Shown: positions 50,739 through 57,439 of the stretch, piece by piece
Numbering within the stretch: the stretch's first letter is position 1
How the letters are laid out: each line of letters begins with the position of its first letter
Origin: a virus
Direction: 5' to 3' (one strand)
IMG/VR virus record: IMGVR_UViG_3300001349_000001
Span: 1 to 57,439 of that record
Length of the DNA stretch: 57,439 nucleotides
The notes under the pieces: generated by a model
What the model saw: only the letters and a program-made list of their open reading frames with translations
What the model was told of the DNA's origin: nothing
Database searches by the model: none
Program-made: the position numbers and the translations under genes

Positions 50739-51505
50739 AAGATAAAGAAATAGTAAATAAGTTGAGAGATGACGCTGAATATTATGGAGATTTTGGCCGT
50801 CAGTATATCAGTAATTCTGATATTAAAAACTTAATGTATGATCCCGCACAATATGGTGCAGTTCAAGACAACAATTTAAATTTCGAGAAGGGTAGATATT
50901 TCCATCAATTAATCCTTGAACCCAATAAAGCTAAAGAGTTTCCTATCTGCAATTACAAGGGCAGAAATACCAAGGCTTATAAAGAATTCTTATTAGAAAA
51001 CAATCTAGAGTTTGCTCTTACTTCTCAAGAGGCTATTGACATAAAGGATATGGTAGATTATCTTTTAAATAAAAGCCCTACTATATCTGATTTGATTACA
51101 AATATTGATGCTGAATACGAGGTTCCTCAAATAGGACAAATATTTGGCAGGATGTTTAAAGGTAAAGCAGATATAATTAGCAACGAATTAATTATTGACC
51201 TGAAGAGTACTTCTGATATCCATAAATTCAAAAAGAGCGCTTACTTATACAATTACGACTCCCAGGCATTCATATATCAAACTATATTTGGATTACCAAT
51301 AACCTTTATTGTTGTGGGTAAAGAGAGGAAGTATTTTGGTAAAAGCAATCTACCTTACTTCGATATTGGTGTATTCCCAACTTCTGAGGAGTTTATAATG
51401 AGTGGAAAACAAAAAGTGGAAATAGCTATGCAAAACTATGAAAAGTTTTTTGGGCCAGATTCTACAGACAGCATAGAGGACTTGATAATCAACACGCCTC
51501 TATAA
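50735..51505 (+). CDS. PD-(D/E)xK exonuclease (RecE/exonuclease VIII-like), 256 aa
   Basis: GRYFHQLILEP, GKADIISNELIIDLKST and YDSQAFIYQ motifs. ATGA-coupled to the erf-like gene. Confidence 0.7.
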   Translation: MKDKEIVNKLRDDAEYYGDFGRQYISNSDIKNLMYDPAQYGAVQDNNLNFEKGRYFHQLILEPNKAKEFPICNYKGRNTKAYKEFLLENNLEFALTSQEAIDIKDMVDYLLNKSPTISDLITNIDAEYEVPQIGQIFGRMFKGKADIISNELIIDLKSTSDIHKFKKSAYLYNYDSQAFIYQTIFGLPITFIVVGKERKYFGKSNLPYFDIGVFPTSEEFIMSGKQKVEIAMQNYEKFFGPDSTDSIEDLIINTPL

Positions 51506-51529
51506 TTAAATTAATTTAATATATATATT

Positions 51530-51790
51530 ATGAGTAAAAATTATGAACACCCTGCGGGGAAAGGAACCTTGTTTGTAAACAAGTACAAGGAAAAAGAAAG
51601 TCAACCTGACTACAAAGGATCAGGTAAAACTTTAGATGGTAAAGAGATAGAAATTGCTGGATGGAAAGGTCAGACTCAAGCGGGAGATGCAAAACTATCA
51701 ATTCAATTTAGCGAACCTTACGTAAAAGAAGAGAACGCTAAAGATAATTCGCCCTCTCCTAGTGAGGGACAGGAAGAAATAGGTTTCTAA
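51530..51790 (+). CDS. Small OB-like protein with an acidic tail, possible minimal SSB (86 aa)
   Basis: Sits in the position normally held by ssb after the recombinase/exonuclease pair. The acidic C-terminus ends EEIGF, reminiscent of the SSB tip DDDIPF. Confidence 0.35.
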   Translation: MSKNYEHPAGKGTLFVNKYKEKESQPDYKGSGKTLDGKEIEIAGWKGQTQAGDAKLSIQFSEPYVKEENAKDNSPSPSEGQEEIGF

Positions 51791-51812
51791 AAATCTATTG
51801 TATAGGAAAAAG

Positions 51813-51838
51813 AAAGGGAGCTCACGCTCCTTTTTTTT
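51813..51838 (+). terminator. Rho-independent terminator
   Basis: AAAGGGAGC-TCAC-GCTCCTTT hairpin running into T8. Confidence 0.75.
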
Positions 51839-51849
51839 ACCTGTTATCT

Positions 51850-51860
51850 ATGTAGAAAAT
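51850..51860. promoter_or_regulatory. ATGTAGAAAAT site
   Basis: Same 11-mer as at 51987 and 52007. Confidence 0.6.
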
Positions 51861-51870
51861 TACAAAAAAC

Positions 51871-51924
51871 TATATTTTTATTATTTTATTATTATAATAT
51901 ATAATATTATATTTTTTTTTATAA
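51871..51924. other. 54-bp tract of pure A/T (candidate DNA-unwinding element)
   Basis: No G or C between 51871 and 51924. Flanked by the repeated half-sites. Confidence 0.6.
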
Positions 51925-51941
51925 GGATATTGTAGGTATAA

Positions 51942-51958
51942 AATCAACATTTCTACAT
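51942..51958. promoter_or_regulatory. AATCAACAT-TTCTACAT pair of half-sites
   Basis: TCAACAT and TCTACAT are the reverse complements of ATGTTGA and ATGTAGA. Confidence 0.6.
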
Positions 51959-51986
51959 AAACCTAGTGACAGACTAGCCTACGCAT

Positions 51987-52023
51987 ATGTAGAAAATAAA
52001 TTATCAATGTAGAAAATCAACAT
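51987..52023. promoter_or_regulatory. ATGTAGAAAAT, then the composite ATGTAGAAAATCAACAT 10 nt before the primase-helicase ATG
   Basis: The composite is an imperfect palindrome, ATGTAGA-N3-TCAACAT. It matches 43824-43840 at 16 of 17 positions. Confidence 0.7.
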
Positions 52024-52033
52024 AATACTTGAA

Positions 52034-54430
52034 ATGGTTACAATTTTTAGGAATATAAAAACAACTGAGACCCCATTCTTTAAGGATATTACTTACATAT
52101 TAGGTAGAATTAAATCAGGAACTTCAAAAAATCTTATAAAAAGCATAAGAAGTGAGAAGGATAAAACAGAAAAAAATGAATTAAAAAAAGAATTACCCGC
52201 TATCTGCTTTAGCGGTACATTCAATAAGAGATCTGATTCCTCCATCATTAAGCATAGTGGTTTTATATGTTTAGATTTTGACGGCTATAAAAAAAAGGAG
52301 GATATGATCCAGGCAAAGGATAAGTACTCTAAAAACAAATACGTTTATTCTGTTTTTATCTCCCCTTCCGGAAATGGGCTTAAGGTTTTAGTAAAAATAC
52401 CTAAGGAAGTTGAGAACCATAAGAAGTATTTTAATTCTTTAGAAAAAGAATTTAGTTCTGATTATTTTGATACTACCTGTAAAAACATATCTAGGGTATG
52501 TTATGAATCCTATGATCCCCTAATACATATCAATGAAAAGTCTGTTGAGTGGACGGATATTGAAGAAGATGAGTATGAGGACTTGAGCGTATTAAATCAT
52601 CCTCCAACCATCCAAATAAATGATGAAAATAAAGTAGCTGAAATACTTATTAAGTGGTGGACAAAAAAATATCCTATGATTGACGGCCATAGAAATAATA
52701 ATCTATTTACCCTGGCGATGGCATTCAATGAGTTTGGTATTAATAAAAGTCTTGCTTTAAATATAGGTAATCAATATAAATCTTCAAGTTTTCCTTCATC
52801 TGAAATAGATATGTTAGTGGCTTCTGCGTATAGAAATAAGGCGGATCATGGAACTAAGTTTTATGAAGATAAAGAAGCAGTAGATCAGATAGCTAAAAGA
52901 ATAAGAAGAGGGGAGTCTAGGGATGAAGTTAGAAGATCCATGGAAGATGACATGATAGATACTGAGGTTATAGACTCTGTGTTAAAACGATCAGATGAAT
53001 CTTTTAAATTAAAATTTTGGAGCAAGTCTGATAAGGGGAAGGTTGAAGATATACCCAATCTTTTTAAAGAACTATTGCAGGAAAATGGATATTACAAGTA
53101 TCAATATGTTGGAAAAAATCAACCATTTACCTTTGTAAAGGTTACTAATAATCTAGTGAGCGAGACAACAACAACCGACATCAAGGACTTTGTTTTGAAT
53201 TATCTAGAAGAATTAAACGACATGACTGTCTGGAATTACTATGCCCAACAAACAAGAATATTTGAGGAGAAGCACTTGAAGATGATTGATACTATAGATA
53301 TTTATTTTCTTTCCGATACCAAGGACACTTCTTATTTATACTATAGAAACTGTGCTTTAGCTATAACTAAAAACTCTATAAGACAAATCGATTATGTAGA
53401 TTTAGATGGTTACATATGGAAAGATCAAATAATAGACAGGGTTTACAAGGAGAATAAAGTTAAGAGTTGTGATTATAAAAAATTCATTAGCAATATTAGT
53501 TTCCGGGATTCTGACAGAATAAAATCAATGGAATCTACAGTGGGTTTTTTATTGCATGATTATAAGAATGCCTCGTACTGTCCTGCAGTTATTTTAAATG
53601 ACCAAGTAGTTAGTAGTAATCCTGAGGGTGGTACAGGGAAAGGATTATTTATGAACGCCTTGGGTTACATGAAGAATCTCGTAAAAATTGACGGAAAAGT
53701 ATTTAGCTTTGACAAATCATTTGGTTATCAATCAATTACAACAGATACTAGAATAATATCTTTTGATGATGTAAAGAAAGGTTTTAAATTTAGCGGATTA
53801 TTTAGTGTTATAACGGAGGGAATTACTATTGAAAGAAAAAATAAGGATGCCGTTATTATACCATTTCACAAGTCACCAAAGGTTGCTATTACAACCAATC
53901 ATGCTATTGAGGGTAGCGGTAATTCGTTTACAAGAAGAACCTGGGAACTTGAATTGTATCAACATTACAGTCAAACGTTTACTCCTGAAGATGACTTTGG
54001 TAAGCTAATGTTTAGCGACTGGGATGACAATGAATGGAATGTATTTGATAATTATATGATTAAATGTATACAATTATATTTATCTAAAGGCCTTATTAAA
54101 AGTACGTCAGTTAATCTAGCTATTAGAAAGCTTGAGCAAGAAAGTTGCCATCAGTTTGTAGAGTGGTGCGGACTTACAAAGGGATCGTTAAATAACCCTA
54201 AGCTTGATTCAGGACTAGTTCTTCAAGGTCAGGAGTTGTATTGGGAGTTCACTTCAGAATATCCAATTTTCTCTAGAGGCCACAAGCCTTTATCTAAAAC
54301 AAAATTTTATAATTGGATAGAGTCTTACTCTGTTTACAAGTACGGCAGAAAGCCAATTAGATTAAGGAATACTGTCGGGTGTACATTTGAGTTCGTGGAG
54401 AATAAACCTCAAGCAAATTTAAAATTTTAA
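52034..54430 (+). CDS. Primase-helicase: BT4734/VirE-N-like primase domain plus a P-loop (D5/SF3-like) NTPase (798 aa)
   Basis: N-terminal LPAICFSGTF...HSGFICLDFDG...ISPSGNGLKVLV, a central HRNNNLFTLAMAF (PriCT-like), Walker A PEGGTGKG and Walker B IISFDDV. Confidence 0.8.
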   Translation: MVTIFRNIKTTETPFFKDITYILGRIKSGTSKNLIKSIRSEKDKTEKNELKKELPAICFSGTFNKRSDSSIIKHSGFICLDFDGYKKKEDMIQAKDKYSKNKYVYSVFISPSGNGLKVLVKIPKEVENHKKYFNSLEKEFSSDYFDTTCKNISRVCYESYDPLIHINEKSVEWTDIEEDEYEDLSVLNHPPTIQINDENKVAEILIKWWTKKYPMIDGHRNNNLFTLAMAFNEFGINKSLALNIGNQYKSSSFPSSEIDMLVASAYRNKADHGTKFYEDKEAVDQIAKRIRRGESRDEVRRSMEDDMIDTEVIDSVLKRSDESFKLKFWSKSDKGKVEDIPNLFKELLQENGYYKYQYVGKNQPFTFVKVTNNLVSETTTTDIKDFVLNYLEELNDMTVWNYYAQQTRIFEEKHLKMIDTIDIYFLSDTKDTSYLYYRNCALAITKNSIRQIDYVDLDGYIWKDQIIDRVYKENKVKSCDYKKFISNISFRDSDRIKSMESTVGFLLHDYKNASYCPAVILNDQVVSSNPEGGTGKGLFMNALGYMKNLVKIDGKVFSFDKSFGYQSITTDTRIISFDDVKKGFKFSGLFSVITEGITIERKNKDAVIIPFHKSPKVAITTNHAIEGSGNSFTRRTWELELYQHYSQTFTPEDDFGKLMFSDWDDNEWNVFDNYMIKCIQLYLSKGLIKSTSVNLAIRKLEQESCHQFVEWCGLTKGSLNNPKLDSGLVLQGQELYWEFTSEYPIFSRGHKPLSKTKFYNWIESYSVYKYGRKPIRLRNTVGCTFEFVENKPQANLKF

Positions 54431-54431
54431 T

Positions 54432-55658
54432 ATGAAATATAGAGATTATCAATTAGATATAATAAAAAAAGGCGCTGGAGTGCTGATGCAGCACAGATTT
54501 CTTTATTTAGCTATGGAGGTTAGAACAGGTAAAACCTTGACTAGCTTAGGTGCTGCCGCTTCACTAGGCGTTAATAGTGTTTTGTTTATTACTAAAAAGA
54601 AAGCTATAAGCTCTATAGAAAAGGACTACGATATGTTATCGCCTAGCTTTAAGATTGAAGTTGTCAATTACGAATCTCTTCATAAGGTTAAAGGAGAGTA
54701 TGATCTAATTGTTTTAGACGAAGCTCATTCAATGGGAGCATTCCCTAAGCCCAGCAAGAGGGCTAAGCAAGTTAAAATATTAATAGACAAGCAAAATCCT
54801 TTTGTTATATTACTATCTGGAACACCAACACCAGAGTCTTATAGCCAAATGTATCATCAGGTTTATGCTTGTAAGAACAACCCCTTTAAAAAACATAAAA
54901 GCTTCTATAAGTTTTGTCATGAGTTTGTTAATGTTACCGAAAGAATGATAAATAGCCTTAGAATTAGAGACTATTCAAAAGGTAAACCATCTATATTAGA
55001 TGAAATGAAACCATACACTATATCATATTCACAAAAGGAAGCGGGGTTCAAGGTCGATACCGCTGAACACGTTCTTAGAGTTAGCATGCTTCCCTTGACT
55101 TATAAATTAGCGGATTTACTTAAAAAAAACTTAGTGATAGAAGGTAAGGATGAGGTTATATTAGCTGACACACCGGTAAAATTAATGATGAAACTTCATC
55201 AGATCTACTCTGGAACAGTAAAATTTGAAAGTGGACACGCAAAGGTTGTTGATTATTCAAAGGCTCAGTTTATTATGTCTAAATTTAAAGGGAAAAAAAT
55301 AGGTATTTTCTATAAGTTTAAGCAGGAATTAAAAGCCATAAAACATGTGTTTGGAGATAATATAACTACGGATCTTAAAGAATTTGAGGATACCGATAAG
55401 TCTATAGCCCTTCAGATAGTAAGCGGAAGAGAAGGTATATCATTAAAGTTGGCTGATTGCTTAGTGTATTATAATATAGATTTTAGCGCAACAAGTTATT
55501 GGCAGAGTCGTGACAGAATGACCACTAGTACTAGGCTAAAAAGTGACGTATATTGGATCTTCTCTGAAGGCGGGATTGAGGATCAGATATATAAAGCGGT
55601 TAGTAATAAAAGAGATTATACATTAAAACATTTTAAGAAAGATTTACTAAGTTTGTAA
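54432..55658 (+). CDS. SF2 (SNF2/DEAD-like) helicase (408 aa)
   Basis: YRDYQ, EVRTGKT (motif I), VLDEAH (motif II), LLSGTP (motif III) and a C-terminal helicase domain. Confidence 0.8.
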   Translation: MKYRDYQLDIIKKGAGVLMQHRFLYLAMEVRTGKTLTSLGAAASLGVNSVLFITKKKAISSIEKDYDMLSPSFKIEVVNYESLHKVKGEYDLIVLDEAHSMGAFPKPSKRAKQVKILIDKQNPFVILLSGTPTPESYSQMYHQVYACKNNPFKKHKSFYKFCHEFVNVTERMINSLRIRDYSKGKPSILDEMKPYTISYSQKEAGFKVDTAEHVLRVSMLPLTYKLADLLKKNLVIEGKDEVILADTPVKLMMKLHQIYSGTVKFESGHAKVVDYSKAQFIMSKFKGKKIGIFYKFKQELKAIKHVFGDNITTDLKEFEDTDKSIALQIVSGREGISLKLADCLVYYNIDFSATSYWQSRDRMTTSTRLKSDVYWIFSEGGIEDQIYKAVSNKRDYTLKHFKKDLLSL

Positions 55659-55684
55659 ATAATAATAAATAAAAATTAAATATA

Positions 55685-55921
55685 ATGAAAGAACAATCGT
55701 TAATTGAAATGAAAAAAAAGGTAGATCACATGGATCTTATCTTAAAAAAAGTAATTACTGAGCTCACAAATTTAGGGGACTTATCTGTAGGTACGTTTGA
55801 GACAGTTAAAAAAATGCCTGGCTATGGAAAAGCAATAGAGGAAGTTAAGACAGAGGCTTTAACTAGGATGAAAAAAGAAAAAAATGGCGACGGAACAGCA
55901 GATACAAGCCAAAAAAATTAA
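55685..55921 (+). CDS. Hypothetical protein (78 aa)
   Basis: Track ORF. Confidence 0.5.
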   Translation: MKEQSLIEMKKKVDHMDLILKKVITELTNLGDLSVGTFETVKKMPGYGKAIEEVKTEALTRMKKEKNGDGTADTSQKN

Positions 55922-56126
55922 AGAGCTAGAGGCTGAGGGCTTTTATGTGTTGAAGCTTATTAAGACTAATAAGAATGGTATCCCTGATATTGTTGCTTTA
56001 CATCCTGATAAAAGGATAGAGTTTTATGAAGTGAAAACTAGTAAAGGAAAGGTATCGTCTTTGCAGGAATATAGATTAAAAGAATTAAAAAAATATGGGT
56101 TCAAGGCAGAAGTTTACCGTGGATGA
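55884..56126 (+). CDS. VRR-NUC domain nuclease (80 aa)
   Basis: GFYVLKL....NGIPDIVAL......FYEVKTSKGKVSSLQ fits the PD...(D/E)xK core of VRR-NUC. Confidence 0.7.
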   Translation: MATEQQIQAKKIKELEAEGFYVLKLIKTNKNGIPDIVALHPDKRIEFYEVKTSKGKVSSLQEYRLKELKKYGFKAEVYRG

Positions 56127-56430
56127 TTTTTATTATGAGCTTGAAGATAAATTTTTAGATGAATTAGAGAGTTTGCCTCTAGAGTGTAGTTTAGAGATAG
56201 TTCTTCGTTTAGAAGAAGCTGTTAAACAAATAACTCTATCTAATATTTTAGATGAAGAACCGAGTATAGAGTCAACAGGAGCTATATGCGGAGTGGTTAA
56301 TGGAGATGAAGTATATTTTTTTACTGCAGAATTTATAAACTACAGAGATTCGTTTCCTATATTTCACAAATTAAATGAAATTACTTCTGATGAGTACTTA
56401 GATTACATAAACTTAATTAAAAAAAAATGA
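56095..56430 (+). CDS. Acidic hypothetical protein (111 aa)
   Basis: Track ORF. Confidence 0.5.
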   Translation: MGSRQKFTVDDFYYELEDKFLDELESLPLECSLEIVLRLEEAVKQITLSNILDEEPSIESTGAICGVVNGDEVYFFTAEFINYRDSFPIFHKLNEITSDEYLDYINLIKKK

Positions 56431-56957
56431 ATAAATTAAAATTAGAAAAAATTAAATTATCAATATTAAATGTTCTCAATATAAATATAGATGATCCTTT
56501 TAATTCGATGAGCAGAAAAAGAGAGAATGTAGACGCTAGAATGATATACTTCTATTTAGCTAGGGAATTAACGACCTACTCCTATGAAACCCTTGGACGC
56601 AGCCTAACGCCCATCAAAGACCACTCTACTGTTATTCATGCTATGAAACAAGCCTCTGTGTTCATGGAGATAGATAGGGTTTTTTCTTCAAAATTAATAT
56701 CTGTTAAACAAGCATATATTTCTTTATACGATAAAGAGGATACAGAAGATTTTACTTTAGATAAAGCTATCGTTAGGATTGATTCTTTAGAGGAAATAAA
56801 TGACAGCTTATCAAATGAAAATAATAAGTTGAGAACAGACTTGATAAAGGTTAAAGACTTAATTTCTCGTCATAAAAAATATCTTTTTGATGTTGGATAT
56901 CTTGAAAGAGGGTCTAAAACTTTGAATATTTTAGATGAAAAGCTAAAAAGTTATTAA
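56427..56957 (+). CDS. DnaA C-terminal (domain IV)-like HTH protein, paralogue 2, with a C-terminal coiled coil (176 aa)
   Basis: RKRENVDARMIYFYLARELT.YSYETLGRSL...KDHSTVIHAMKQ matches the DnaA domain IV pattern even better than paralogue 1. Confidence 0.65.
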   Translation: MNKLKLEKIKLSILNVLNINIDDPFNSMSRKRENVDARMIYFYLARELTTYSYETLGRSLTPIKDHSTVIHAMKQASVFMEIDRVFSSKLISVKQAYISLYDKEDTEDFTLDKAIVRIDSLEEINDSLSNENNKLRTDLIKVKDLISRHKKYLFDVGYLERGSKTLNILDEKLKSY

Positions 56958-56988
56958 TAAATTGCTAACAACTTGTTGTTTTTTTGTT

Positions 56989-56996
56989 TAACTTTG
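56989..56996 (+). promoter_or_regulatory. Bacteroidota-type -7 box (TAACTTTG)
   Basis: Matches TAnnTTTG, 18 nt upstream of the ATG at 57015. Confidence 0.4.
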
Positions 56997-57014
56997 GTTG
57001 TATAACACATTAAA

Positions 57015-57269
57015 ATGGAATATACATCAGAAGATATAGCTAAAATATCAGGCTTTAAAACGTGGAGTTCTAAAAGAAAAATTGATGCTCTATTAAAAAT
57101 AGACTCAACTATGTACACTAACCTCGGCTTAGAGTCTAGCGATAAAGAAAGAAAAAAAGCTAGAGTAACAAGCAGAAAAATATATAAAGCTATAGCCGCC
57201 ATTAGTCCTGTTGAGGGATATTTACTTGAAGCTCACATGAATGAAAAAGATTTAGCACCTGCCAAATAA
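57015..57269 (+). CDS. Hypothetical protein (84 aa)
   Basis: Track ORF co-oriented with the arm and preceded by a -7 box. Confidence 0.55.
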   Translation: MEYTSEDIAKISGFKTWSSKRKIDALLKIDSTMYTNLGLESSDKERKKARVTSRKIYKAIAAISPVEGYLLEAHMNEKDLAPAK

Positions 57270-57321
57270 ATTAACTTATCTTGCTTTCTGGAGGGAAGAG
57301 CTAGGTATAAAATTAAATGAA

Positions 57322-57439
57322 ATGAAAATCCCTCCTATTGAGAAAAAAAGAATTCAAAACATAAACTTTATCATGAATGGTCTTCATGAATCTTTAAATA
57401 ATATATACGAATTATTAATGGATAAGGAGTATAAGCTTA
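57322..57439 (+). CDS. N-terminal part of the 62-aa junction-spanning hypothetical protein
   Basis: ATG at 57322. The reading frame continues through the terminal overlap into 79-149. Confidence 0.5.
   Translation, partial: MKIPPIEKKRIQNINFIMNGLHESLNNIYELLMDKEYKL
57362..57439. repeat. Terminal overlap copy B (identical to 1-78)
   Basis: Exact 78-nt identity with the window start. Either a circular-assembly overlap or a short direct terminal repeat. Confidence 0.95.

Noticed and set aside
55879-55885. Slippery heptamer A AAA AAT at the overlap between the 78-aa ORF and the VRR-NUC gene, considered as a programmed -1 frameshift
   Set aside because: The VRR-NUC frame is +1, not -1, relative to the upstream ORF, and it has its own ATG at 55884. 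Ordinary gene overlap is the simpler explanation.
56954-57202. An 82-aa minus-strand ORF
   Set aside because: It is antisense to the co-oriented 84-aa ORF (57015-57269), which has a TAnnTTTG box upstream, and it sits within a purely plus-strand arm.
1-57439. Search by eye for tRNA/tmRNA genes, CRISPR arrays, an integrase/excisionase or repressor module, a reverse transcriptase/DGR, transposases and a DNA polymerase
   Set aside because: None was recognised. The only sizeable non-coding regions (43590-44760 and 51839-52033) do not fold into a cloverleaf by inspection, and no spaced direct-repeat array exists. tRNAscan-SE and Infernal should confirm this.

Overview
The window is a complete, circularly closed genome of a strongly AT-rich tailed dsDNA phage. 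Nt 1-78 are repeated exactly at 57362-57439, so the unique length is 57,361 bp. I saw no integrase or lysogeny module, tRNA, rRNA or CRISPR array, so it reads as a virulent phage. Several features point to a Bacteroidota (Flavobacteriia-like) host: no Shine-Dalgarno motifs, recurrent TAnnTTTG (-7) boxes about 17-23 nt upstream of operon-leading genes, a BT4734/VirE-type primase domain, and glycine-rich fibre proteins. Two divergent arms leave a roughly 1.15-kb hub with little coding sequence (43590-44760). The leftward (minus) arm carries, in order: a GroEL...GroES chaperonin operon; about 12 translationally coupled mini-genes for small basic or Cys-containing proteins; tail-fibre cassettes; a lysis cassette; a tandem GroES-like gene; TerS/TerL-portal-scaffold-MCP; and a virion module with a GlcNAc-transferase-like enzyme, a GNAT, and 1508-aa and 2314-aa giant proteins. 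The rightward (plus) arm wraps over the contig junction. It carries many small early ORFs, a short DNMT-like protein, two DnaA-domain-IV-like HTH proteins, an Erf/exonuclease/SSB-like module, a primase-helicase, an SNF2-type helicase, VRR-NUC and a metallophosphoesterase. The five most interesting signals are: (1) a 7-bp half-site, ATGTWGA, clustered at least 14 times in two intergenic regions, one next to a 54-bp pure A/T tract upstream of the primase-helicase; (2) an ~85% GC, G-quadruplex-capable island in the otherwise AT-rich hub; (3) the mini-gene array; (4) a phage GroEL+GroES pair plus a possible tandem GroES-fold protein; (5) glycosyltransferase and acetyltransferase genes embedded among virion genes next to a Pro/Thr-linker protein. 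All functional calls come from motif recognition by eye and gene order. No database search was run.
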